A DNA stretch of 64,000 nucleotides, from contig NW_024055728.1 of NCBI RefSeq assembly GCF_902713615.1, positions 4,995,367-5,059,366 of the forward strand, read 5' to 3'. Each line of letters opens with the position of its first letter. Position 1 is the stretch's first letter. The DNA is from Scyliorhinus canicula (taxonomy: Eukaryota). A program made the translations under genes and the position numbers. This document shows, piece by piece, positions 37,001 to 46,860 of the stretch. The notes beneath the pieces are model-generated. The model did no database searches and was not told where the DNA came from. It saw only the letters and a program-made list of their open reading frames with translations.

Positions 37001-40000
37001 TGACATGTGAAGTATTAAATTGTTGTGAATTGCAGGATCCAGATATCCTGGAGGTGGTGATGTTATCATGAACCTGCTGTGCTTGTCCTGCTAGTCGATA
37101 TAAGTCGAGATATTCGAAGAATTTACTTGGCAAAGCACGGTAACTGAATGTGGCCGACCTGCTAATGACGAACCATTATCCGAATATATCGCTGTTTCTT
37201 ATTTATTAAAACATTACTAATCCGGTACTGTGGACAGCATTTTATTAGTCGTGTATCAGGTTATGCTGGAGAGCTTTTGGTAAACCAGGTGTTGAAGTGC
37301 TCGTCACAGACTATTCAGATTCTGACGAGCTTCATGAGCCTTCATTTTGTCATCGATGAGGAATACAAGACAGTGGGATGGGGCTACTGTACCTGGGCTC
37401 GGATCCCAGACATCAGGCATAAGACTTGAAGAACCCAAGTTCAAATCCCACAATGATATATGATGCCATTTGATTCCAATTAAATCTGGAATTAAATGTC
37501 AGATAATTACACTATCATAAAATTCATCTGGTTCACTAAATACCCCTCAGGAAATTTGCCACACTCACCTCGTCTGCATGCACCCGGATCCACAATAATG
37601 AAATTAACTCTTAAATCCTATCTAAAATGCACTAGCGAAACAATCAGGTCAAGGGGTAATTATTTATGCACAATTAAATTCTGAACCCGGCCAACGATAC
37701 AAAAATCGCATGAATAAATAGAACAATCCCACGACATGGAGGCTTCAGATAGACTGAGTATATAGAATTTGTTACTGGCTGCATCTGCGTGATTTAGTGA
37801 CGTTAGTTCGGATATTGTGTTTTGTCAAATACCGGCTGTAATACATAGAGAACATTTTCTGAACACTATTTCCTCGTGATTGTGAGTCTCTTTAATCTTT
37901 TTTTTAGCAATTTAGATTACCCAATTATTTTTTACAATTACGGATTTAGCATGGCCAATCCAACTACCCTGCACATCTTTTGAGTTGTTGGGGCGAAATC
38001 CACGCGCTCACGGGGAGAATGTGCAACCTCCACATGGACCGTGACCCAGTGCCAGTACCGGGATTCGAACCCGGATCCTCAGCTCCGTAGGCAGCAATGC
38101 TAACTACTGTGCCACCGTGCTGCCCTGGGCCTTTTTAATCTTAGTTGGCCTTATGCTTACTGGGTATACTGCCTTCATGTTAATCACAAATAATTTAATT
38201 TTTCCTTTGCATCTGCGTGGGTTTCCTCCGGGTGCTCCTGTTTCCTCCCATTGTCCTAAGATGTGCAGCTACGGTGTGTCCGTGTTTACGGGGAAGTGGG
38301 TCGAGGTGGGTGCTCTTTAAGAGGCTCAGTGCACTTTCGATGGGCCTACTGCCCTCCTTCAGCACTGTCAGAAGTTCTTGATTAACTTTCAGAACGCAAA
38401 CTGAGCCTCGTTAAGTTTGTTATTATTGACTGCCAACTGGAATAATGTCAATGTTACATTGCAACAAGCTGTGAGGATCGGGGTGTAACGGTGAACAGTA
38501 ATTTATCGGATATGATCTTCTCTACTTTTGACAAACGAGATACATCTCGCCTATTTTCCACATTGTCAGTTAAAAGTCAAAATCGCAGCTATACTGGGAC
38601 AGGAGGATCAGTGGGGCAGTGATTCCGGCGCACAGTTCTTCACTAATTTGTCCCTATTTATTCTCGAGTCCAGGCCCTTAACAATGTCAGATCACAGAGC
38701 ATGCTGTCTCATATAGAACATATAACATAGAACAATACAGCGCAGTGAAGGCCCTTCGGCCCACAATGTTGCACCGACATGGGAAGTCAAAAACTAAAGG
38801 CCATCTAACCTACACTATGCCATTATCATCCATATGCTTATCCAATAAACTTTTAAATGCCCTCAAAATTGGCGACTTCACTACTGTTGCAGATGGGCCT
38901 CACGGTAGCATGGTGGTTAGCATCAATGCTTCACAGCTCCAGGGTCCCAGGTTCGATTCCCGGCTGGGTCACTGTCTGTGTGGAGTCTGCACGTCCTCCC
39001 CGTGTGTGCGTGGGTTTCCTCCGGGTGCTCCGGTTTCCTCCCACAGTCCAAAGATGTGCGGGTTAGGTGGATTGGCCATGCTAAATTGCCCGTAGTGTAA
39101 GGTTAATGGGGGGATTGTTGGGTTACAGGTATACTGGTTACGTGGGTTTAAGTAGGGTGATCATTGCTCGGCACAACATCGAGGGCCGAAGGGCCTGTTC
39201 TGTGCTGTACTGTTCTATAGGGCATTCCACGGCCTCACAACCCTTTGCGTAAAAAACCTACCTCTGACGTCTGTCCTATATCTATTACCTCTCAATTTAA
39301 GGCTATGTCTCCTCATGCTAGCCACCTCCATCCGCGGGAGAACGCTCTCCCTGTCCACCCTATCTAACCCTCTGATAATTTTGTATGTCTCTATTAAGTC
39401 GCCTCTTAACCTTCTTCTCTCTAACGAAAACAATCTCAAGTCCATCAGCCTTTCCTCATAAGATTTTCCCTCCATACTAGGCAACATCCTGGTAAATCTC
39501 CTCTGCACCCGTTCCAAAGCTTCCACGTCCTTCCTATAATGAGGCGACCAGAACTGTACGCAATACTCCAAATGCGGCCGTACCAAAGTTTTGTACAGCT
39601 GCAACATGACCTCATGGCTCCGGAACTCAATCCCTCTACCAATAAAGGCCAACACACCATAGGCCTTCTTCACAACCCTATCAACCTGGGAGGCAATTAT
39701 CAGGTATCTATGTACATGGACACCGAGATCCCTCTGCTCATCCACACTGCTAAGAATTTTGTCATTAGCCAAATTATCCGCATTCCTGTTATTCTTTCCA
39801 AAGTGAATTACCTCACACTTCTCTACATTAAACTCCATTTGCCACCTCTCAGCCCAGCTCTGCAGCTTATCTATATCCCTCTGTAACCTGCAACATCCTT
39901 CCATACTGTCTACAACTCCACCGACTTTAGTGTCGTCTGCAAATTTACTCACCCAACCTTCTGTGCCCTCCTCAAGTACATTTATAAAAATGACAAAAAG

Positions 40001-43000
40001 CAACGGCCCCAGAACAGATCCTTGTGGTATGCCACTCGTAACTGAACTCCATTCTGAACATTTGCCATCAACCACCACCCTCTGTCTTCTTTCAACTAGA
40101 CAATTTCTGATCCACATCTCTAAATCACCCTCAATCCCCAGCCTCCGTATTTTCTGCAATAGACGACCGTGGGGAACCTTATAAAATTATTTACTGAAAT
40201 CCATATACACCACACCAACTGCTCTACCCTCGTCTACCTGTTCAGTTACCTTCTGAAAGAACTCAATAAGGTTTGTGAGGCATGACCTATCCTTCACAAA
40301 ACCATGCTGACTATCCCTAATCATATTATTCCTATCTAGATGATTATAAATCGTATCTCTTATAATTCTCTCCAAGACTTTACCCACAACAGACGTGAGG
40401 CTCCGGCCTATAGTTACCGGGGTTATCTCTACTCCCCTTCTTGAACAAAGGGACCACATTTGCTATCCTCCAGTCCTCTGGCACTTTTGCTGTAGCCAAA
40501 GATGACATAAAAATCAAAGCCAAAGGCTCAGCAATCTCTTCCCTGGCATCCCAGAGAATCCTAGGATAAATCCCATCAGGCCCCGGGGACTTATCTATTT
40601 TCACCTTGTTCAGAATTGCCAACACTTCTTCCCTACGCACCTCAATGCCATCTATTCTAATAGCCTGTATCTCAGCATTCTTCTCCAAAACATTATCTTT
40701 TTCCTGAGTGAATACTGACCAAAAGTATTCATTTAGTATCTCGCTTATCTCCTCAGCCTCCACACACAACTTCCCACCACTGTCCTTGACTGGCCCTACA
40801 CTTATCCCAGTCATTCTTTTATTCCTGACATACCTATAGAAAGCTTTTGGGTTTTCCTTGATCCTACCTGCCAAAGACTTCTCATGTCCCCTCCTTGCTC
40901 GTCTTAGCTCTCTCTTTAGATCCTTCCTCACTTCCTTGTAACTATCAAGCGCCCCAACTGAAACTTCACGCCTCATCTTCACATGGGCCTTCTTCTTCCT
41001 CTTAACAAGAGATTCCATTTCTTTGGTACACCACGGATCACTCGCTCGACCCCTTCCTCCCTGCCTGACTGGTACGTACTTATCAAGACCATGCAATAGC
41101 TGTTCCTTGAACAAGCTCCACATATCCAGTGTGCCCAATCCTTGCAGCCTACTTCTCCAACCTACACATACTAAGTCATGTCTAATGGCATCATAATTGC
41201 CCTTCCCTCTGCTATAACTCTTGCCCTGCGGGGTATACTTATCCCTTTCCATCACGACCGTAAAGGTCACCGAATTGTGGTCACTGTTTCCAAAGTGCTC
41301 ACCTACCTCCAGATCTAACACCTGGCCTGGTTCATTACCCAAAACCAAATCCAATGTGGCCTCGCCTTTTGTTGGCCTGTCAACATATTGTGTCAGGAAC
41401 CCCTCCTGCACACATTGTACAAAGAACGACCCATCTAATGTACTCGATCTATATCTTTTCCAGTCAATATTTGGAAAGTTAAAGTCTCCCATAACAACTA
41501 CCCTGTTACTTTCGCTCTTTTCCAGAATCATCTTCGCCATCCTTTCCTCTACATCCCTTGAACTATTAGGTGGCCTATAGAAAACCCCCAACAGGGTGAC
41601 TTCTCCTTTCCTGTTTTTAACCTCAGCCCATACTACCTCGGAAGAAGAGTCCCCATCTAGCATCCTTTCCGCCACCGTAATACTGTCCTTGACTAGCAGG
41701 GCCACACCTCCCCCTCCTTTTTTTGCCCCCTTCTATGAGCTTACTAAAACACCTATGGAGTGAATCGCCGTAAGTCAGCATATTACAAATATCATCTTCT
41801 CACCTATTGCCCTTTGATAAACAAGGATCATTCCAAACTATTCCTTGTCAAATAAATTAACTTCAAACTAAAATGAAATCTTTTCAATTAAATATGGGAG
41901 TAGCTGGTACCGAATACCCTTTGGCCATTAACATACAAACTACCTCACTTCCATCCTTCACTGCAGAGTATTTAAAACTGTTGCTTCACAGCTCAATGGT
42001 CCCCAGGTTCGACTCACGGTTTGGGTCACTGTTTGTGCGGAGTCCGCACGTTCTCCCCGTGTCTGCGTGGGTTTCCTGCAGGTGCTCCGCTTCCCTCCAA
42101 ATGTCCGTGCGCCTCCAGGATAAAAGTTAGCCTAATTGCGGAAGTACAGAGTGGCCATTGAGGCCTCAATAAATCCAGTTGGCCTGTATAAATTTTCTAA
42201 ATGGTGGCGAGTTAATTTACAGACATGTTTTAATGTGAGGACAAGGGACGGCCTGATAGAAAAATTTCCTCTGGGCATATTCACGGGACATTGTGGCTGC
42301 TGAATCGGGAATGAAAATGAAAATTCATCGCAAGACCTGAGGATTAGTGAATCCAATTCCTATAATTTCAATGCCAATTACACGTTGTTTTTCTCGAGAA
42401 ATGTGGTCAATTTATTAATAAAATTCGTCATATATTGTGAACCAGGGGACGTGCGGAGAAGGACCGATATAAGGCAATTGGCATCAGAATCTAATAGGAC
42501 TGGAAGAGACACGTATTAATGATCCCAGTAGTTTGATCGTTGGATACATTCGCTGAGGGTCTGGTCCGGGCTTTTCATGGGCAGTGCGGGCAGACACTTG
42601 CAAGACTGCAGAACAAGAAACTAGATTCAAGCTTGCTAAATTTTACTTGCAGCGAGAGAGTTTCGAATTGACGGTTTGATCGACTAATACCCTCGTTTAA
42701 ACAGTGCTGTCGAAACAATGAACACAGGCGCTCAGGCGAGCTGCAAATAAATATCCTCTGTTGATTGCTACATTGAAGAATTCAGGGCTGGATTAAGATG
42801 GCAACATTTCTAGTGGCGCAACTCAATGAATGCGGCTTTCGGTGAAGTCCAACTGGAATCATGTTCTTTCTGTTTTGGAAATGTGCCGAGTTACAGATTG
42901 CGACTGAACCCATTGGAAGGCATTTGTCAATTCTATGTGATAGTGTCACAACCGGTGGCAGTGGAAACATACTATATTTCAGGTGAAGGAACCTTGTACC

Positions 43001-44433
43001 TCTGCCAGGCCAGTTCTTCATAACGTTCAGGACTGACATGACGAACGAAGAGAGAAGCAAAGACCATTATGGATTGCAAGATATTTCCAGATTTTTAGCT
43101 TTGTTTGCAACCTGAGCAAGTACAAAATGTAAGGGGCTGAATGTCAATTTCATCTTCACGTTATCACTGATTTGTGTGGTTGGAAATCGTTGCTCCTCTG
43201 GCGCCAGCAAATGTTTGCCTGCATCTGATTCATCCCAATATGCTTTTAAGTAATGCCACTTATTTGCGTTCTTCAGGAAGGAATATATGTTTCTTATTTG
43301 ACAAGTTACCTGAAATGGCTAAATGAAGCTGTGCGGGAGGATTGGATGTATTTGTGTTTTGGAAGAGAGCGGTGAAGACTTAATTGAACCATCAAAATGT
43401 ATGAGGTGTATGCTGAAGAGTTTCCAATGCGCAGATGTTAGTAGACATGAAAGATACAGTAAAATGATTGGTGGAACGATTAGAGTGACGTACGCATCTG
43501 GACCTCAATATCTGTGACACAAATCCTGGATAGAGTTAACATGCACCGGCATTTCGATCTCGATACATGGAGATGTGAATTGGTCTTAAATTCACAATGT
43601 ATTATTCAGAGTGTTAAGTACATCAAGGGTCAAATGGCAGCCTTGTGTGTGTTAAATGTTTTAATGTTTCTTACGGTAGCTTTCATTGGGAAGCGGACGG
43701 GAAGCGGACAATGGATAGTTTGTTTTAAAAAAAAGAAAATGCGAGTTTCTGTATTCAATGCAAATGCTAACGCAAAACAATGCCACATAACGTGACAATA
43801 AAGTACATTACCTGACGGGCTATCTTCGCTGTTCCCAGGTTCATCTGAAATGAGATGCCAAAAATTAGAGTTGGCTGTGGTCAGAAATTATTGAAACTTT
43901 CACGCAGAATTGTCACACATGGAGGAAAATTTAAAATGGCAACTTCCACCAATCTGTGGACTGAATTGCAGAAACGGATTTGTGATCTACTTTGCATTAC
44001 AGGTCATATTGTTTAGACTGTGTTTTTAAAAATCAATTGGTCAATGAGCCTTAAGCACTTGATCCCGGGTCAAACCAAGAAGGGATAATTTATTAATATG
44101 ATGCAAACTCAAAGAAATGGAATAGTGAATTCCGAGGCCAGGAGAAAGCCAATGCCGATGTAAGGCAGAGTTATATACAGTGTTGCATAGAACTAACTTG
44201 GGCGGGCACATGGTTTCCCCGTTCACAGAGGCAAATAGAAATAATTACTTTTCCTATCCCACTCTCCTCGAGTCTCAGATTCCAATAGATACTGAAAAAT
44301 CTTACTGAAATTTACATTGAATAGTTTGTTCCAAACCATTATTTAGAATGTTAGTAATCCAGTTTAACTTCTCTCATCCGATATCAGCAATGAAAGGAAA
44401 GCAGCACACAGTAATATAAGAAACAATTTTAAA
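13741..44433 (-). CDS. Gene span of a CD163/WC1-like group B SRCR type I membrane receptor (7 SRCR + stalk + TM + tyrosine-containing tail); possibly a frameshifted allele or young pseudogene
   Basis: Seven exons of 312-318 nt, each one SRCR domain with AG/GT boundaries and phase 1-1, followed by stalk, TM and cytoplasmic exons in colinear order on the minus strand. The 5' and 3' terminal exons are less certain. Confidence 0.9.
14005..14290 (-). mobile_element. Two adjacent copies of a short (about 175 bp) tRNA-like SINE
   Basis: Match to copies at 18744, 27624 and 30705 (gtcgccacattccggcgc core). Confidence 0.8.
14385..14504 (-). CDS. Cytoplasmic exon 3
   Basis: 120 nt, strong acceptor ttctcttctctgttcgcttacag, donor gtgaga, phase 1-1; [40 protein letters not shown]. 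Confidence 0.7.
14766..15080 (-). mobile_element. HE1-type V-SINE
   Basis: catagaatagaatttacagtgcaga tail, V-domain and head. Confidence 0.88.
15150..15400 (-). mobile_element. Decayed Deu-domain SINE
   Basis: Reverse-complement similarity to the copies at 46861 and 37395. Confidence 0.45.
15675..15758 (-). CDS. Cytoplasmic exon 2
   Basis: 84 nt, tgtcctttgtcttcaacag/gtaact, phase 1-1; [28 protein letters not shown]. Confidence 0.75.
16953..17060 (-). CDS. Cytoplasmic exon 1 with AIYEEID tyrosine motif
   Basis: 108 nt, ccag/gtttgc, phase 1-1; [36 protein letters not shown]. Confidence 0.85.
17240..19070. repeat. Degenerate (GA)n/(GT)n/(TA)n low-complexity tract containing an assembly gap (N 17686-18139)
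   Basis: Dinucleotide-rich sequence around 454 Ns. Confidence 0.85.
18744..18917 (+). mobile_element. Short tRNA-like SINE (about 175 bp)
   Basis: ggggctggttcagctcactcagctaa...ggttcgattt (B box)...gaatgtggcgacttggggcttttcacagtaacttcattgaagcctactcgtgacaataa. Confidence 0.85.
19475..19795 (-). mobile_element. HE1-type V-SINE
   Basis: catagaacatag tail, V-domain and tRNA head. Confidence 0.88.
20199..20315 (-). CDS. Transmembrane exon ([39 protein letters not shown])
   Basis: cttctaacctttcattaag acceptor and gtgagg donor, 117 nt; about 22 hydrophobic residues followed by a basic stop-transfer RKKSNRK. An alternative in-frame acceptor would start the exon at 20303. Confidence 0.88.
20502..20534 (-). 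CDS. 33-nt stalk micro-exon ([11 protein letters not shown])
   Basis: ggccag|AATTACCGCAGAGATCTCCTCCCACAGCTGCAG|gtactt; phase 1-1, Pro/Ser/Thr-rich, lies between SRCR7 and the TM exon. Confidence 0.7.
20699..21016 (-). CDS. SRCR domain 7 exon (membrane-proximal, 9 Cys)
   Basis: 318 nt, cag/gtaagg; [35 protein letters not shown]...[12 protein letters not shown]. Confidence 0.95.
21250..21445. repeat. Hairpin (inverted-repeat) element, possibly Penelope-derived
   Basis: caacaccaggtt...tcggagcgcagctacttcatcaggga / tccctgatgaaggagctgcgctccga...aaccaggtgttg; related copy at 36398. Confidence 0.75.
21470..21787 (-). CDS. SRCR domain 6 exon
   Basis: 318 nt, tag/gtaaga; [32 protein letters not shown]...[12 protein letters not shown] with 8 Cys. 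Confidence 0.95.
22812..23126 (-). CDS. SRCR domain 5 exon (9 Cys)
   Basis: 315 nt, cag/gtaaat; [34 protein letters not shown]...[11 protein letters not shown]...[12 protein letters not shown]. Confidence 0.95.
23372..23590 (-). mobile_element. A-tailed short V-SINE with about 14-bp TSD
   Basis: tgtgggctaaattc (23358-23371) versus tgtgggctgcattc (23591-23604). Confidence 0.85.
24449..25566 (+). mobile_element. 5'-truncated CR1 LINE flanked by (GA)n tracts and a gap (N 25567-25742)
   Basis: [35 protein letters not shown] and RTRGH motifs, one in-frame stop, 3' tail. Confidence 0.93.
25743..26050. repeat. (GA)n-rich microsatellite (a similar tract lies at 24240-24448)
   Basis: Purine dinucleotide run. 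Confidence 0.9.
26612..26926 (-). CDS. SRCR domain 4 exon (6-Cys variant)
   Basis: 315 nt, tag/gtaata; [35 protein letters not shown]...[11 protein letters not shown]. Confidence 0.95.
27624..27790 (+). mobile_element. Short tRNA-like SINE
   Basis: gggcctgtttagctcagtgggctagacagc...gccggaatgtgtcgactaaggg...gtgacaataaaag(att)n. Confidence 0.8.
28005..28101. repeat. (TA)n/(GATA)n microsatellite
   Basis: Direct inspection. Confidence 0.9.
28250..31225. mobile_element. Nested CR1 cluster: old + CR1, containing a younger + CR1 (29037-30985), itself interrupted by a minus-strand CR1 (29250-30580) and a SINE (30705-30888)
   Basis: RT motifs on both strands; the host reading continues across each insertion. 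Confidence 0.8.
31266..31580 (-). CDS. SRCR domain 3 exon
   Basis: 315 nt, cag/gtgagt; [49 protein letters not shown]...[12 protein letters not shown] with 8 Cys. Confidence 0.95.
32035..32220 (+). mobile_element. Short V-SINE
   Basis: ggcagcatggtggcg...ggttcgatc...V-domain. Confidence 0.85.
32330..33330 (+). mobile_element. Decayed CR1 3' portion
   Basis: SKFAGDTK and [14 protein letters not shown] remnants plus a CR1-type tail. Confidence 0.75.
33770..34083 (-). CDS. SRCR domain 2 exon carrying a 1-nt deletion frameshift near 33856
   Basis: 314 nt, cag/gtgagt; [20 protein letters not shown]...SFDCKG, then the domain end ([10 protein letters not shown]...[12 protein letters not shown]) continues in another frame; the first frame stops at TAA 33842-33844. 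Confidence 0.92.
34500..35123. mobile_element. Two tail-to-tail V-SINEs (+ 34500-34765 with the alternative tail; - 34770-35123 with the CR1 tail)
   Basis: Heads at both outer ends and a V-domain in each. Confidence 0.85.
35364..35675 (-). CDS. SRCR domain 1 exon
   Basis: 312 nt, cag/gtaagg; [34 protein letters not shown]...[12 protein letters not shown] with 8 Cys. Confidence 0.95.
36398..36575. repeat. Hairpin element related to the one at 21250
   Basis: gtaagaagtcttacaacaccagattaaagtccaacagctttgtttc ... gaaacaaacctgttgggttttaacctggtgttgtaagagttctaac. Confidence 0.8.
36796..37010. repeat. 20-bp minisatellite, about 10.5 units (gatgacatgtacaatctgaa / gatgacatgtacaatgtgag)
   Basis: Visible tandem units with alternating variants. 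Confidence 0.95.
37395..37720 (+). mobile_element. Decayed Deu-domain SINE
   Basis: gttcaaatcccacaat...ctggttcactaa...ggaaatttgcc...aactcttaa. Confidence 0.6.
37900..38127 (-). mobile_element. A-tailed short V-SINE with 9-bp TSD
   Basis: tttaatctt at 37891-37899 and 38134-38142. Confidence 0.85.
38712..41755 (-). mobile_element. Relatively young 5'-truncated CR1 (endonuclease to tail) with a few frameshifts and a V-SINE inserted in its 3' end
   Basis: [47 protein letters not shown] and FADD motifs in ORFs 40380-41705, 40187-40459 and 39215-40159; tail at 38712-38760. Confidence 0.95.
38895..39216 (+). mobile_element. Full-length young HE1-type V-SINE inserted antisense in the CR1
   Basis: Highly similar to the copy at 1889-2225; interrupts the CR1 coding end. 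Confidence 0.92.
43812..43844 (-). CDS. 33-nt N-terminal spacer micro-exon ([11 protein letters not shown])
   Basis: tctcatttcag|ATGAACCTGGGAACAGCGAAGATAGCCCGTCAG|gtaatg; phase 1-1, open frame, joins in frame to SRCR1. Confidence 0.6.
44369..44433 (-). CDS. Candidate signal-peptide exon ([18 protein letters not shown]...)
   Basis: Pyrimidine-rich acceptor tttctcccatcattgtaccgtcag followed by a hydrophobic h-region-like run, upstream of the micro-exon. The donor is uncertain (weak A|gttaaa, or a G|atgaga that looks like a mutated gtgag) and the ATG exon is not securely identified. Confidence 0.3.
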
Positions 44434-45379
44434 CTGACGGTACAATGATGGGAGAAATTTGTCACAGGCTGTGGCTGGGACACGAATTCTAGAATGAGAG
44501 AGAACGTCACAAATGGTTCATTGCGTCGAAGAGAGGTGACTTAAAAATGATACAACGCATTCAATGCAGAGCTAAAACGGGAATCGTGACCGAAAATAAA
44601 TTGAAGTGCGTTATCAATAAGAATAATTATTCCACATTCAGTTTTCATTTCCAGTATTCAGTTGTGATTCTAAATACACTCATCTACTGTTTTGTAATGC
44701 ATTTTCTTTGCTGAAACATGCATCACTTCTTCTTCACGAGACGTGTAATCAAACTGGAGAGAAATATCTGAGATTAAAGTGTTCCTGTTTCCCTGTTTGA
44801 GCTGAGATCTACAAAACTGATTGGAAAAGCAGAGACCCCACAATTAAAGTGGGTCAAATGGAGGTGAAACCAACAATCCGAACTTGTTGCGACAATAGCG
44901 TGAACACTATTTTTTAAAATCAAAATGCATCATTACCCGTTAACCCACCCTGTTTAAAGATTGCAGCTATTAGGCATTAGCCAAGGTAAATTGAATATTC
45001 TGAAGTGTTGGATAATATACTCTGATCGCTAACTGTTTAAGTTTAATATACAAAGGGGTCGGTGATTTGTTGTTCAGCGCGACCAGATTAGATTCCTGGT
45101 GCGTGTCAGCATAGGTCTCACCCCCACAACCCAAAGTAATGCCGGGTAGCTGGATTTTCCATGCAAAATTGTCCCTTAATTTGAAAAGAAAGAATTGGGC
45201 CGTTTAAATTTACATAAAAGTTCCCTGGTGTGTTGTGACCAGCTTTGCGGGAGTTCAGAGATACAAGGCAAATCACTTGCAAGTCAATGGACCGGCGATT
45301 GACTCTCCACGGTTTCGAAGAATCATGTTGTTGGGCAGCGTTTATTCTCGTGTTTCCTGGAGATAGTAAACTCCGAGTG

Positions 45380-46840
45380 AATTGGCATCTGCCAAAGTTA
45401 GCAAGTGAGTGGAAATTGACAATGTTACGGAATGGATTTGGAAGGCGGAGGTATATAACTTAGAAAATTAAATAGCAATAATTTGGCAGTGTTTAAGGTT
45501 AGAGGGATACATGCAATAACTAGGACAAATAAAGATGAGGAGTTCAGTGAATAGATGAATACATAGTGGAATTATGTTTTACCTATTAGAGGAGTGTGGC
45601 TTAAAGAGAGATGGGACTATCAGCTCAAATGTGTTCATTACAGGGTTGCAGAACAGATATAGAGGGGATTGAACAAATATGAACGTTGGCAATATCGGTC
45701 CAGGAATCATTTTCAGCAGTGACGAGGGTTGTTAGGTTTGAAACCGTCAATTGAAGACTGAATGATTGGACTAGGTAACAGAAAGGGTGATCAAAATATT
45801 GAGATTACACTACAAACCCCCAAATATTTAGATGATTAGAGAATAACTGAAAATATAGAACCATAGAATTTCCAGTGCAGAAGGAGGCCATTCGGTCTGT
45901 CGACTCTGCACCAGCCCTTTGAAAATGCACCCGACTGAGACCCACGTCTCAACCATATCCCCAAACCCAGTAATCCGACCTCACCTATTTTGGACACAAA
46001 GGCGTTATTTAGTATGTCCAATCTACCTAACCTGGAAGTAATTACACTGTGGGAGGAAATAGGAGCAGCCGGAGGAAACCCACGCAGACATGATGCAGCA
46101 AAGTAACAAATTGTTTGTAAAAAGTAACATGTTGGTAAAGGTGGACATTTTAACTACCTGGGCATGAGCTGTGACAATGGAACTCTGAACTGAACTGTTG
46201 TTCTGAATTTTTTCACGATAGAGTTTCAGGCCGCCTAATAAGTGTCCAACAAAATGACATTTCAGAACGTTCTGGACATTGCTCAATGAAATGAAGCGGA
46301 ACAGGTAGAAGAGGAAGCAGTGGCAAAATACCAGTTGGCAATTATCACAATTTAGTTTGTTTTGACCAAAAGGTTTCTGATGTGCAAGTATGTAACATTT
46401 GCTCAAGTTGTCAGTTCTTGTAAGCAGAATACTACTGAACTGAAGATCCATTGAACAAAAGTCGGGTAGCAGCTTCTTAAAGACAAAGCAGTGCTACATA
46501 ATCTTGAGACATGCAAAGGGCAGGTTGTCAAACCTATAGACAATTGATGTCAATCGTCTTACAAGGCGAAATGAGGCAGATACGTAGAGCTTAGAGTGCC
46601 GTCAAGGCTAAGAAAAAGAAGACGACTATAACACGTGCAGCAGTGAATCAAAAATAAAATTAGTAAAACAACGTGATAACATGAAAAAATGTTGACAAGC
46701 AAGCTTCAATAGAACACAACTATGGTTCACAATACCTTATGGAAAAAGGATAATTAAGGAAGGAATAAAGCATTCAACAAGCAAACGGGTGACTAGTATA
46801 CGAAATTAATGATGTGGGTCTCATTGTAATCTCTTCCGCT
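45380..46840 (+). mobile_element. Fragments of an old CR1 with a V-SINE fragment (- 45855-46092)
   Basis: Decayed endonuclease-like sequence; catagaatttccagtgcagaaggaggcc SINE tail. Confidence 0.55.
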
Positions 46841-46860
46841 CTCCTCGCAGTGTGGAATAA

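Noticed and set aside
36796-37010. CRISPR-like repeat or 128-aa ORF
   Set aside because: No spacers, eukaryotic intron, simple minisatellite
43310-43328. Minus-strand 19-nt segment with cag/gtaact boundaries
   Set aside because: Length is not a multiple of 3 and it would frameshift the receptor; no other support
46023-46451. Hydrophobic minus-strand ORF as a possible leader
   Set aside because: Runs into a SINE and has no suitable donor
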